Origin: an uncultured Desulfospira sp.
Lineage (GTDB): Bacteria > Desulfobacterota > Desulfobacteria > Desulfobacterales > Desulfobacteraceae
Assembly (NCBI GenBank): GCA_963663165.1
Contig: OY760175.1
Location: 1,312,001-1,376,000, forward strand
DNA: 64,000 nt
Direction of reading: 5' to 3'
Made by a program: the position numbers and the translations under genes. The stretch's first letter is position 1. Every line of letters starts with the position of its first letter. The notes beneath the pieces are model-generated. The model was not told the origin of the DNA, ran no database searches, and worked only from the letters and a program-made list of their open reading frames with translations. Positions 40,216-50,812 of the stretch are shown piece after piece.

Positions 40216-42129
40216 ATGTACACTTCATTTTACAATCTAAAATTAAAGCCCTTCCAGATCAGTTCCGATCCGAGATTCATGTGGTTTGGGGAAAAGCATC
40301 AGGAAGCCCTGGCCACACTCAGATACGGAATCCTTGACAACAAGGGATTTTTGCTGCTGACCGGGGATGTGGGCACCGGCAAAACCTCCCTGATCAATTC
40401 CCTGATCCAGAGCTTAAGTGACAATATCATCTGCGCCACGGTCCCTGATCCCAGCCTGGAAAAACTGGATTTCTTGAATTATATTGCGGCCGCATTCGGT
40501 ATTGACCAGGAATTTCAGAGCAAAGGCAGCTTTCTGGCCTTTTTTCGCAATTTTCTTTCCCAGGCCAGTGAACGAGGGAAAAAAGTCCTGCTCATCGTTG
40601 ACGAATCCCAGCTGCTGACCCAGGAAATGCTGGAGGAAATCCGCCTGCTGTCCAACATCGAACGGACCGATGCCAAGCTGATCAATATCTTTTTTATCGG
40701 GCAAAATGAGTTCAACGAAATTTTAAACCGGCCCCAGAACCGGGCGGTCCGGCAGCGCCTGACCCTGAATTACAATTTGGACCCCTTAACCCCGGATGAA
40801 ACCCATGCCTATATCCGGCACCGGCTGAAAGTCGCCGGAACCACCGAAACCCTTTTTGACATGTCCGCAGTCCAGGAAGTGTTCATGTACTCAGGGGGAT
40901 TTCCCCGGCGAATCAACATTCTGTGCGACCATGCCCTCTTAAGTGGATACGTTAAAGAGCAAAAGGTGATTGACGGTGCCATTGTCAAAGAGTGCGCCAA
41001 AGAGCTCAAGATCCCGGCCCATGTCCGGAACCGGGATATCAACGGGTTTGCCCATGCCCATCAAAGGCCTGCGCCCGCCCCGGACCAGTCCCCGGCCGGT
41101 ATACCGTCAGTAAGGCCGCCAGTGGCACCACCAGCGGTCCCGCCGACACCTTCTCCTGCTGAGCCGCCTTCAGCGCCCTATTCCGGGCCGCCATCTTCCC
41201 AAGTCCCCCGTCCCGGGTATCAGCCCTATCCCGAGGAACCCCGGAAAAGCCGCCTGTCATGGATAGGATGGATACTTGTCATCATTTTATTGGGCCTGTT
41301 TGCCTGGGCCTTTATGTTCCCGGAAAATTTCAGGCAGTCAACCCGGCAGATAGGGGTTGATTTCCCCATAATCGGGCAGACCGTTGAGTTCCTGTTCCCG
41401 TCAACCCTTCACAACGACACCAGGGGGCAGGTCCACGGTGCGGTCCCTTCCCCTCAGCCCCCTTTGCCGTCAACACCGCCATTGAATGAAGGGGCAAAGG
41501 CAACCGCCGACGCCTCGGAAGCTGAACCGCCATCTGCCGGGGTCGCCCCCGGCGAAAGCCAAAGCGGCCAGGCCATTGAAAGCAAAAATAAAGATGCTGG
41601 ACCTGAAATACCAACTGAGAATCAACCTGACGATGCTAAATCCCAGGAGGCTGACATCAGTCCCCCCTTGGAAGACACCGATTCCAAAACTTTGGGAAAC
41701 AAGGACCAGGCGTCCTTGTTAGAACCAGCAACATCCATAGTAACGATGGACAGCGGCCCAACGTCTGAGGGTTCCCAAGACATCCTGCCCCTGCCAGCGG
41801 AAAAGGTAATTGTAAGGTTCAAATACAACAGCAACGATTTTACCGATAAAGGGATTGAAGACCTTGAAACCTTTTCCAGTATCCTTGCCATGTACCCGGA
41901 AGCCAAGGTCCTGGTAACCGGCCACACCGATTCCATGGGGTATGAAAACTACAATAAAAAATTATCCGAATTCAGGGCCAACATTGTGAAAAGCTACCTG
42001 ATGGGAAAGGGCATCCGCCAGGACCAGATCAAAACCCGGGGCCTGGGCGGTGAAAAGCCCATTGAAACAAATGACACGCCCTGGGGGAAGATGATGAACA
42101 GAAGAGTAGAAATCGAAATATTGAAATAG
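40216..42129 (+). CDS. ExeA/GspA-family AAA ATPase fused to TM and OmpA-like peptidoglycan-binding domain
   Basis: Y..FY.L...PF, GDVGTGKT, IVDESQ, SGGFPRRIN.LCD; GHTD..G..YN..LS..RA, NRRVEI. Confidence 0.9.
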   Translation: MYTSFYNLKLKPFQISSDPRFMWFGEKHQEALATLRYGILDNKGFLLLTGDVGTGKTSLINSLIQSLSDNIICATVPDPSLEKLDFLNYIAAAFGIDQEFQSKGSFLAFFRNFLSQASERGKKVLLIVDESQLLTQEMLEEIRLLSNIERTDAKLINIFFIGQNEFNEILNRPQNRAVRQRLTLNYNLDPLTPDETHAYIRHRLKVAGTTETLFDMSAVQEVFMYSGGFPRRINILCDHALLSGYVKEQKVIDGAIVKECAKELKIPAHVRNRDINGFAHAHQRPAPAPDQSPAGIPSVRPPVAPPAVPPTPSPAEPPSAPYSGPPSSQVPRPGYQPYPEEPRKSRLSWIGWILVIILLGLFAWAFMFPENFRQSTRQIGVDFPIIGQTVEFLFPSTLHNDTRGQVHGAVPSPQPPLPSTPPLNEGAKATADASEAEPPSAGVAPGESQSGQAIESKNKDAGPEIPTENQPDDAKSQEADISPPLEDTDSKTLGNKDQASLLEPATSIVTMDSGPTSEGSQDILPLPAEKVIVRFKYNSNDFTDKGIEDLETFSSILAMYPEAKVLVTGHTDSMGYENYNKKLSEFRANIVKSYLMGKGIRQDQIKTRGLGGEKPIETNDTPWGKMMNRRVEIEILK

Positions 42130-42193
42130 GGGTTTAGGCTGAAGGAAATTAGGCTGAAGGGAATGAATACCACCAGTAAACTGGTGGTATTCA

Positions 42194-44494
42194 TTATTTT
42201 ACCTTGCTCCAGTCCGGCTGAAGGATGTCATCGTCATCCCCTGTACCCAGGCCGCTGTCCTCATCTGCCCCATTGGCAAATGGCATGGCCTTTTCCGGGT
42301 CAAAGATCATATCTTCAGTAAATTCTTCCCGTTCTTTGGGGCTGCCAAGCTCGGCAAGAGTCTGCTTGGCCAATTCCTGATCGGTTATGCCAAGGTCCAG
42401 TTCAAGGCAGGCATTCAGCATCTCTTTGGCCTTTTCAAACTGTCCCAACTTAAACAATGCCATGCCCAGGTGAAACTTAACAATGCCGGTTTCCGGCGCC
42501 TTTTGTTCAGCCTCTGAAAGCAGCCATCGGGCCTGGGCATAAGAGCCCTTTTGATAGTAAATCCAGCCTAAGGTATCCTTTAACCAGGGTTCATCAGGCA
42601 GCTTTTCATACGCTTTTCTGGCCAGGTTCAGCGCCTTATCCAGTTCGGTTCCACTTTGCACATACAACCATGCCAGATTGCCTGCGATATGGGGGTCGTC
42701 AGAAAATTTTTCACAAACCTGCTCTAAAAACCCCCGTGCCAGATCCGTCCGGCCCGAACCCACATAAAATTCGGCCAGGCGGGTCGCAGCCCGGTGGCAG
42801 CCAGACTTTGTATCCATCCACTGCTTTAAGGTTGCTTCAAGCGGTTCTGCTTGTCCGTTTTTCTCATACACATCAGCCAGAAGACTGAACACATGGCTGG
42901 GGATATCCGGACCTTTACCTATCGGCTTTAAATATTCCAGGGATGCTTCCAGTTGATTGAGCCTGAAACTTAACCAGGCCGCCGTATACAGGACATCCTG
43001 CGAAGGGCCGTTCTGACGGATCATTTCTTTTATCTGACCCAGAACTTCCCGGCCTTTGTCCAGGTCCAGCATCAGTCCGGCATAGTCAAATAAGGCCTGG
43101 CCCATGTCAGGGTGTTCATCCAGTATCCGGCGGTAAAGGACAGCAGCCTTATCTTCTTCCTTCCCGCATTCAAAGGCCCTGGCCAGAAAATAAAGGGCTG
43201 AAGGTTCCCGGCCCAGGTGCCAGGCCTTGGAAAAGGCGGCCGCCGCCCGGGAGGGTTTTCCGGTTTCCATCAGGCACAGCCCTTTTAAAACATAACCTCT
43301 TGGATTCAGCGGCGACAGGGAAAGGGCCTCCTCCAGGTATTGAAGGGCAAGATCATATTCCCGTTTTTTATAATGCAGCCCAGAAAGGGCCAGCAGGGAT
43401 TCAAGATGGCCTGAATAAAGGGCCCGTGCCCGGACAAAGCTGTTTTCTGCAAGCTTTGTCTGGCCGCCGGCAAAATAGGCAACCCCCAGCAGATAATGAC
43501 CTGAAATCAAAGAAAAATTCATATCTACAGCTGTTTTCAAACTGGATACGGCATGAGCGGTCTTTCCTTGAAAGAGCCAGATTTTTCCCATGAGCAAATG
43601 GTAATCGGCCATATTTTTAACGGTAGCGCCAAGATCCTGAAGCCTTTGCTGTGCCAGGGCAAGGTTCTTTTCAGAAATGTGAAAATCGGCCAGCATCAGG
43701 GGAAATCTTAAATCGTCAGGATAACGTTCCAATAGCTCCAGTAAAAAAGCCTTGGCTTTTTCCTTCATGCCGCATTCCAGGTAAAACCGGCACAGACTGA
43801 CTTTATGCATCAGATTCTCAGGGTCTTTTCCAACCGCTGCCAGCTGACACTTCTCCGCGGTATCCAGATCTTCAACCAGAAAATAATAATCGGACAACAG
43901 CATCAGGTCCGACGACAAAAGATGATCCATTTTCAAGCCCGAAACCAGGCGGCCGGCCGTTTTAAGATCTTTGGTACGCACATGGCAAATGGCCGTCTTT
44001 ATCAGGGCCCTGTCGTTTATCAGGTCCAACCCGCGGGCTTTTTCATACATGTTCAAAGCGAGGCCAAAATCGTTTGAAAGCACATAATAATCCCCAAAAA
44101 GAAGGAACACATCTGAATCCTTTGCTTCCCTGGCAAAAAGTTGCTCAAGATGGGGCAATGCCCGGGCATGGTCCCCTTTGAGCAGCAGAATCCTGACCAG
44201 GTCTTTTTCAATCGCCGAATCTAACGAATCAAGCTGGTGGGCTTTACTGAACGCCTTTCCGGCCAGATCAAGGTCGGCCAGTTTCAGATGGGCGTTTCCG
44301 ATTTTATAAAAAAGTCCCGGGCTGTCCCCACTTTCGGCCACTGCCTGGGTCCAGAATCTCACAGCCATACTGTAATGCGCCTGGGCAAAGGCCTGGTCCC
44401 CTTTTTCCTCAAGCCCTGCCTGTTCTCTTGCACATCCGGTAAACAAGGCGGAGATAAACAGAAAATAAAGGATCAGCGCAGGCACGGGCTTCAT
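42194..44494 (-). CDS. TPR-repeat lipoprotein
   Basis: Lipobox FTGC, many TPRs, DTLGWIYY. Confidence 0.85.
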   Translation of the reverse strand: MKPVPALILYFLFISALFTGCAREQAGLEEKGDQAFAQAHYSMAVRFWTQAVAESGDSPGLFYKIGNAHLKLADLDLAGKAFSKAHQLDSLDSAIEKDLVRILLLKGDHARALPHLEQLFAREAKDSDVFLLFGDYYVLSNDFGLALNMYEKARGLDLINDRALIKTAICHVRTKDLKTAGRLVSGLKMDHLLSSDLMLLSDYYFLVEDLDTAEKCQLAAVGKDPENLMHKVSLCRFYLECGMKEKAKAFLLELLERYPDDLRFPLMLADFHISEKNLALAQQRLQDLGATVKNMADYHLLMGKIWLFQGKTAHAVSSLKTAVDMNFSLISGHYLLGVAYFAGGQTKLAENSFVRARALYSGHLESLLALSGLHYKKREYDLALQYLEEALSLSPLNPRGYVLKGLCLMETGKPSRAAAAFSKAWHLGREPSALYFLARAFECGKEEDKAAVLYRRILDEHPDMGQALFDYAGLMLDLDKGREVLGQIKEMIRQNGPSQDVLYTAAWLSFRLNQLEASLEYLKPIGKGPDIPSHVFSLLADVYEKNGQAEPLEATLKQWMDTKSGCHRAATRLAEFYVGSGRTDLARGFLEQVCEKFSDDPHIAGNLAWLYVQSGTELDKALNLARKAYEKLPDEPWLKDTLGWIYYQKGSYAQARWLLSEAEQKAPETGIVKFHLGMALFKLGQFEKAKEMLNACLELDLGITDQELAKQTLAELGSPKEREEFTEDMIFDPEKAMPFANGADEDSGLGTGDDDDILQPDWSKVK

Positions 44495-45309
44495 TTTCTT
44501 TTCACCATAAGGGTCACAAGGGTTGCAAGTAAAATAACAACAACCGGCCAGAGGAAAAGTTCCAGCTTATTATTAGCAAAATACTTAATGGCCCCCAGAA
44601 CCACCCTGAAAAGCCAGGGCAGTTCATTATTATAATAACCGACTGAATCCTGGCCCGGTGATGGCCGGGGCTTTTGGTTGTTATTTTCATAACCGGATCG
44701 ACTATCCCCGCCTGCTGAAGGCTTTCCCGGCTGGCCAGATCCTGCTGCCGTCTGTACTGAAATGTCCTTTCCCTGTTCTTGGGAATAGGCCAGGACATGC
44801 GACCTGATAGCGGCCATATCTGTTTCAAGCTTTTTTTCGGCCGCCACGTCCTTGGTAAAGTCCCGTCGGTGAGCCAGCTGCTGTTGATTTTCATCCAGAT
44901 AAGGGATGCCCAGATCCTTGAGTGCCTCCCGGCTCCTTTCCTGAAGCGCCAGATACTGTTCCAGAATATTCTTAATTCTTAAATTGGCAGCAATCCAGCG
45001 GTCCAGGGACATCGCAGGATCAATGGCCTGGACGGACAAAACATATAAAGGAATATCAACATCTATTAAATCGGCTAAGACAGTGCCTGATTTTCCCGTA
45101 TCAATTATCAATCCTGACGGATTGTCTTGCTCCCCGTCATTGGGCAAAATAACATACCGGCTGGAAACCGTATCACTTTTTCTAGGGGATGGCTCAATTC
45201 GAATACCGACCTGATTTTCCTGAATCAGAAACCAGGAATGGGCGGTCAACGGAAACAGCAGAATAAGGCAGGCAAAGAGAAGGATCTTTTGGGGGGCGGC
45301 TGAGGCCAT
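44491..45309 (-). CDS. Exported hypothetical protein with C-terminal TM and basic tail
   Basis: Signal peptide ..TAHS; C-terminal hydrophobic helix followed by KRK. Confidence 0.7.
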   Translation of the reverse strand: MASAAPQKILLFACLILLFPLTAHSWFLIQENQVGIRIEPSPRKSDTVSSRYVILPNDGEQDNPSGLIIDTGKSGTVLADLIDVDIPLYVLSVQAIDPAMSLDRWIAANLRIKNILEQYLALQERSREALKDLGIPYLDENQQQLAHRRDFTKDVAAEKKLETDMAAIRSHVLAYSQEQGKDISVQTAAGSGQPGKPSAGGDSRSGYENNNQKPRPSPGQDSVGYYNNELPWLFRVVLGAIKYFANNKLELFLWPVVVILLATLVTLMVKRK

Positions 45310-45571
45310 TAGCGGATATATTGTTCTTTAATATTATTTTCTAGTCCAAATCTTATTGCAGTACAAAAATCAATTAGAAATCAGTACCACGAAAAAGGAC
45401 GGCCTGTCCACTTTAAAATAAACCCGTATCTGCAACAAATTATATTGTCATTTTCATTGACAACACTTATGGCCCGTAATATTTAGACTGTACGGCTCAC
45501 AAAATTTGCAGAAAAACCCCATGATTCATACCATATTATTAATGTGGTGCCATAAATTTGGAGACTCTTTT

Positions 45572-47866
45572 ATGAAACTGTTTTTCAGGCTCATTCTCAT
45601 TTCCCTGATTGTACTGGCCAATTTCACTTTCACCGGCTGTTCCAATAAGGAGGACAAAAAAATCAGCCACTTCAACAAAGGCAATGCCTATTTTGAGGAA
45701 GGAGAATATAAAAAAGCAGAAATTGAGTTTAAAAACGCCCTGCAAATTGACAACCGGTATATCGAGGCCCTGTTAAAGCTTGGGGATACCTTCATGAAAT
45801 TAGGCCAGGCCCGGCAGGCCTTTGCCGCCTATTCCATGGTAGAAAAAATTTCACCCGACAATATTGAGGCCCTTATCAACATCGCAAAATTCTATTTTTT
45901 GGGCAGAAAGATGCCTGAAACCAAAGCCAGGATTGAAAAAATTCTTGAAAAAAATCCGGACAACACGGATGCCCTTTTTTTAAAGGCACAGGTTCTGACC
46001 CGGGAAAATCAGATTGATAATGCACAAAAAATTCTTATTCGCCTTCTTGAAATACAAAAAGACCATATTCCGTCAATTCAGAGCCTGGCCCGGTTAAAAA
46101 CCATGCAAAAACAATTTGATGAAGCCGAGGCGCTATTAAAGCGGGCCATTGAGGCAGCTCCGGAAGCCACCCAGCCCAGGATTTTGCTTGCCGCTTTTTA
46201 CATTGCCCGCAAGGATATGGCCAAAGCCGAGGAACAGCTCGCACTTTCAGCCGAAGAACATCCTGATAATGAGGCTCACCAGATCATTCTCGGCAATTTT
46301 TACCTAAAAACCGGAAACAGGGCCAAAGCCGAAGAAAGTTTCAAAAAGGCACTTGACATCTCTCCGGATAAGGTAGCCCCATACATGGCTCTGGCAGGAT
46401 TTTACGAGCAGATAAATGAAGATGACAAAGCCCTTGAATTGTACCGGAAGGCCGTAGGGCTTGACCCGGAAAACATGAAACCCAAACTGACCCTGGCCCG
46501 GTTCCAATATAAAAAAAGACAGGTGGATGATGCTGAAAAAATGGTTCAGGAAATCCTGGTCAAACGGCCCAGGCTTCCGGACGCCAGGATGCTTCAAAGC
46601 GAAATTCTGATTTTCAAAAAAGAATTCCAAAAGGCCCTGGTCATGCTGATTGATCTTGAAAAAGAAGAACCAAATGCCTACCGCATCCACTATTTTAAAG
46701 GGCTGTGCCATGTGGGATTGGGAGACCCCACTCAGGCAGCGGCCTGCGTTGAAAAGGCTGTGGAGCTTAAACCGACCTATACCAAAGCCCATCTGCTGCT
46801 TGCCGATATTTATTTTCACCAGCGGTCATTTGATCTCGCAGCCCAGCAGGCATCGGAGGTGCTAAAGCTATCTCCTGATATGGTTAATGCCCTCATGATC
46901 AGGGCCAATTCCCTGGCTTCCATGGGGAAAATCAAAGAGGCTGAAAAAGACTATCAGGCCATGATCGACGCACAGCCTGAAAATCCGGCAGGATATTACC
47001 GGATGGCTCAGATCAAATCGGCTCAAAAGAAAATCCAGGAAGCGGAAACCCTTCTTGAAAAAGCCTATTCCATCAACAATAAACTGTTAGATGTATTTGG
47101 CTTGAGGGTGAGGTTAAGCCTCGCCCAAAAGAATTTTGCCCGGGCCCATGAAATCTGCGAAACCCAGTTGCATCACAATAAAGACAATAAGCGGATCCAG
47201 GCCGCGGTCTACAATATCCAGGCCACGATTTTTCTTGCCGAGAAAAAGGCTGACCAGGCCGTGGAAGCATACCAAAAAGCCATTGAAACCGATCCGGAAT
47301 ACCTTTTGTCATACAATGCACTGGCCCAGATCTTTCTTGTCCAGAAAAAAATGGATCAGGCCAAAAAACAATACATCAAAGTGCTTGAAATCAACCCCAA
47401 GCTTGCACCGCCGCATATGATGCTGGGGACCATATATGAGGCAGAAAAAAATTACCCGGAAGCTGAAAAGTATTACCGAAAGGCCCTTAGTATCAACCCC
47501 GAATTTGCCGCCGCCGCCAACAACCTGGCCTATTATCTGGGGGACCGGACCGACCATTACGATGAGGCTTTAACGCTTGCAAAAAAAGCAAAAGAACATT
47601 ATCCTGAAGATCCCAATATCATGGATACCATGGGCCTTGCCTACTATAAAAAGAAACTGTACGGAAACGCCGTGGCCGAGTTCTCCGATGCGTTGAAGAA
47701 ACAGCCGGATAACCCGATACTCCATTATCACTTAGGACTTGCTTACGAAAAAAAGGGAAATAAAGCCCTTGCTGAAAAAGAGCTGGCAACAGCCCTTGAA
47801 TTAAGTAAGGATTTTGTCTACGCACAAAATGCAGAACAACTTTTAAAGGAGTTAAGAGAAAAATGA
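45572..47866 (+). CDS. TPR-repeat lipoprotein (PrsT-like)
   Basis: Lipobox FTGC, AEIEFKNALQID, NNLAY..DTMG; GGAG before ATG 45572. Confidence 0.85.
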   Translation: MKLFFRLILISLIVLANFTFTGCSNKEDKKISHFNKGNAYFEEGEYKKAEIEFKNALQIDNRYIEALLKLGDTFMKLGQARQAFAAYSMVEKISPDNIEALINIAKFYFLGRKMPETKARIEKILEKNPDNTDALFLKAQVLTRENQIDNAQKILIRLLEIQKDHIPSIQSLARLKTMQKQFDEAEALLKRAIEAAPEATQPRILLAAFYIARKDMAKAEEQLALSAEEHPDNEAHQIILGNFYLKTGNRAKAEESFKKALDISPDKVAPYMALAGFYEQINEDDKALELYRKAVGLDPENMKPKLTLARFQYKKRQVDDAEKMVQEILVKRPRLPDARMLQSEILIFKKEFQKALVMLIDLEKEEPNAYRIHYFKGLCHVGLGDPTQAAACVEKAVELKPTYTKAHLLLADIYFHQRSFDLAAQQASEVLKLSPDMVNALMIRANSLASMGKIKEAEKDYQAMIDAQPENPAGYYRMAQIKSAQKKIQEAETLLEKAYSINNKLLDVFGLRVRLSLAQKNFARAHEICETQLHHNKDNKRIQAAVYNIQATIFLAEKKADQAVEAYQKAIETDPEYLLSYNALAQIFLVQKKMDQAKKQYIKVLEINPKLAPPHMMLGTIYEAEKNYPEAEKYYRKALSINPEFAAAANNLAYYLGDRTDHYDEALTLAKKAKEHYPEDPNIMDTMGLAYYKKKLYGNAVAEFSDALKKQPDNPILHYHLGLAYEKKGNKALAEKELATALELSKDFVYAQNAEQLLKELREK

Positions 47867-48639
47867 AATTAACCGCCATTTTTACCCTTGCTTTGCTTTT
47901 AACAGCCGTTCCTTCATTTAATGCCGGGTCTGAAGAAATATCGGGGCATGCGCTTGCCCAGAAAGTGTTTGACAGGGACCGGGGCAATGATTCCCTTTCA
48001 ACGGCCCAGATGGTTCTGGTCAATAAAGCAGGGAACAAAAGGGCCCGCCAGTTTACCAGCAGCCGGATACTGGAAGGAGAACTGGAAAGCCAGATGATCC
48101 GGTTCACTTCGCCGGCGGATATCGACGGCACGGGTTTTCTGACCATCGAAAAACCGGGTTGGGAAACTGAGCAGTTTCTCTACCTGCCGGCCTTAAGAAG
48201 AACCAGACGGATTGTCAGTTCCCAGAAAAGCCAGAAATTCGTCAACAGTGACTTCACCTATGAGGACATGGAGCGTCATCCTGTTGACGACTATGAATAC
48301 CGGATCACCGGTTCAAAAGAAATCAGCGGCATGGATTGCTATGAACTTGAAACCAGGCCCAAAGAAGGGGTTAACTCCCAGTACGCCCTTACCATCAGTT
48401 ATATCTCCAAACAGTCCCTTGTGCCGGTCCTGGTCAAGTATTTTGACGAAAAAGAGCAACACATCAAGACCTACACCGTGATGAAGCTCGAACAAATTCA
48501 GGGTATCTGGACCGAATCCATGGCCAGTATGGCGAATTTGAAAGAAGGCCACAAAACCTATATTAAGATCCTGAACATCTCGTACAACAAGGGAATTGAC
48601 CCCCAGACCATTTCCCGGAAAGAACTTGAAAATTACTAA
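47863..48639 (+). CDS. Outer-membrane lipoprotein-sorting (LolA-like) protein
   Basis: F.SPADI.GTGFL, LYLPALRRTRRI, F..SDFTYEDM. Confidence 0.85.
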   Translation: MKLTAIFTLALLLTAVPSFNAGSEEISGHALAQKVFDRDRGNDSLSTAQMVLVNKAGNKRARQFTSSRILEGELESQMIRFTSPADIDGTGFLTIEKPGWETEQFLYLPALRRTRRIVSSQKSQKFVNSDFTYEDMERHPVDDYEYRITGSKEISGMDCYELETRPKEGVNSQYALTISYISKQSLVPVLVKYFDEKEQHIKTYTVMKLEQIQGIWTESMASMANLKEGHKTYIKILNISYNKGIDPQTISRKELENY

Positions 48640-48714
48640 AGATTCACGGGGACTCTCCCCTTTGGCCTGAATATTGCTTTCTAAATAAAAAAATGCAACC
48701 AGAGGGGATTTATC

Positions 48715-50643
48715 ATGGAACGAAAACGTTGCCTTCTTTATTTTTTTTGTGTTCAGTGCCTTTTTTTCGGGATTCTTTTTTTCAAAGCAGAAATCGCATC
48801 AGCCCTTCCTTCACATCGCATATCTCCCCCTGTATTGGAAACCCGCGGCGCTGAAGAACGGGTTCTAATTGAGCTGACCCACCCGGCAGACACATCCTGG
48901 TTCAGCTTAGAGTCCCCGGACCGGGTGGTTGTTGAAATCAAAGATGCTTATCTTCCGCAGGTATCTTTGACCAGAAAAATTAATTCACCCATCATTCGGA
49001 CCGTTCGCATGGGCCAGAATAAGAAAGATGTGGTCCGTGTTGTCTTAGACCTTAACCCGGGCAGCATCTATGAATTTTCAACGGCTCAGGGTCTTGTACA
49101 GAATTCCCATATCCTGTCCCTTTCCATTGGCCCGCCTGGCAATGGGGCAAAGCCCCCCAAGGATACCGGTACCCTGTTGGCGGCAGCCCCCTTAACCAGG
49201 GAAAAAGCCCCCTTCGAACCTGAGCCTGAGCAACCCGGCCCAACCACGGCCCCTGCCAATACAACAGGCCATTTTGAAGGCGAGGAAAAAAAAGCGGACG
49301 AGCAGACGATTATTCTGACCGATGAAAGCATGCCGGAAGGCATTTTTGAAGATATTCAAGAAGACCAGAGCGAACAAAAGGACTGGGAAATTTCAGGACT
49401 GGTCCAGGCCAGGGCCACCAGCCAGATAAAGGATAACGGGTCAGTTGAAAATGAAACCGGTTTCAGGAACCGGATGATCCTGGAAGCCGAATACAGGGAT
49501 ATCTTTCTCATTTCGGCGTTTTCCGACTACCTGTTTTTCGGCCGGGACGATAAAACCGACACCTATGATCTGACCATCCGCGAATTCACATGGCAGTATA
49601 ACTCCCCAAAAATCGGGCTGTCTGTCGGAAAACAGATCATCCGCTGGGGCAAAACGGACCAGATCAGCCCTGTGGACACCTTGAACCCGGAAGATGTAAG
49701 AGAATTTATCCTGCCTGAATACGAAGAACGAAAGATCCCTGTCTGGATGGCCGATGTCCGGTACTATTTTGATAAATTCACACTGGAGGGGGTGTTTATT
49801 CCTTTTTTTGAAGAATCCCGCCAGGATTATTTTCAAACTGACTGGGCCGTGTTCGGCCACTTGAAAAAAGAAATCAGCAACGCCAATCTTCCCCCTTTTT
49901 ATAAATCCTATTTTAACAATTTATCCGTCCATGAACAGGAACCGGATAATGAAACCGAATGGGGCCTGAGACTGACGACTGCGGTTAAAAGTGTTGATTT
50001 GGGGATTACCTTTCATCACACAACTGAGGATAGTCCTTATTTTAAAAGCTTTCCGATTAAAAACATTGACATCTCAGGCGGTCTTTCAACGGCGAACCTG
50101 ATGTCAAGCCTTGGCAGTGCCGTCCCGATGAACGAAGACATTGAAGTCGAATACAAAAAAACCAATATTGCCGGGATTGAATTTGAAACCATCTGGGGCG
50201 GATTCGGCATAAGGGGGGAAGCGGCCTGGCAGGAAAACGAATCCTTTATCACGTCCGATTTGACCTCTGTAAGAAAACCAACCTTCCTCTACATAATCGG
50301 CGCGGACTATACCACGGCAGGAAATACATATCTAAACCTCCAGGTGGCCCACCGGCATGTTTCAGATTACGACCCCGCTATCCTTTATATTGAGGAAGAT
50401 GAAACCTCCCTTTTGGGCGAAATCCGGATGGACACGGTTTCAGACCGGTTTCAGGCCTGCCTCAGGTATACCAAACCCCTTGATAACGATTCATCCTATC
50501 TGAACCCGTATCTTAAAATCACCTATATCACCAACCTTGAATGCCGGATCGGGGCCAGCCTCTTTTCAGGGGACCGGGATACGGGGTTAGGACGGTACAA
50601 AGATCATGATGTTTATTACCTGGACATCTCTTACCGGTTTTAG
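48715..50643 (+). CDS. AMIN domain + outer-membrane beta-barrel (DUF1302-like) protein
   Basis: L.SPDRVVVEI..VRVVLDL AMIN; GKQIIRWG..D motif; terminal YRF. Confidence 0.75.
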   Translation: MERKRCLLYFFCVQCLFFGILFFKAEIASALPSHRISPPVLETRGAEERVLIELTHPADTSWFSLESPDRVVVEIKDAYLPQVSLTRKINSPIIRTVRMGQNKKDVVRVVLDLNPGSIYEFSTAQGLVQNSHILSLSIGPPGNGAKPPKDTGTLLAAAPLTREKAPFEPEPEQPGPTTAPANTTGHFEGEEKKADEQTIILTDESMPEGIFEDIQEDQSEQKDWEISGLVQARATSQIKDNGSVENETGFRNRMILEAEYRDIFLISAFSDYLFFGRDDKTDTYDLTIREFTWQYNSPKIGLSVGKQIIRWGKTDQISPVDTLNPEDVREFILPEYEERKIPVWMADVRYYFDKFTLEGVFIPFFEESRQDYFQTDWAVFGHLKKEISNANLPPFYKSYFNNLSVHEQEPDNETEWGLRLTTAVKSVDLGITFHHTTEDSPYFKSFPIKNIDISGGLSTANLMSSLGSAVPMNEDIEVEYKKTNIAGIEFETIWGGFGIRGEAAWQENESFITSDLTSVRKPTFLYIIGADYTTAGNTYLNLQVAHRHVSDYDPAILYIEEDETSLLGEIRMDTVSDRFQACLRYTKPLDNDSSYLNPYLKITYITNLECRIGASLFSGDRDTGLGRYKDHDVYYLDISYRF

Positions 50644-50812
50644 CTGACAGCACCTCTAATTCGGTTACACCTGTTTTCAGACCGGTTGGAAATATTCTCG
50701 CCCGGCACAATCAATTCCCAATACCATCACCTCTTTCTTGCCGTAACTGATAACAAATTGCCTGTTGAAACGAATCTTCATTCGTGGCATACTTCACATA
50801 CACGCTTAATTA

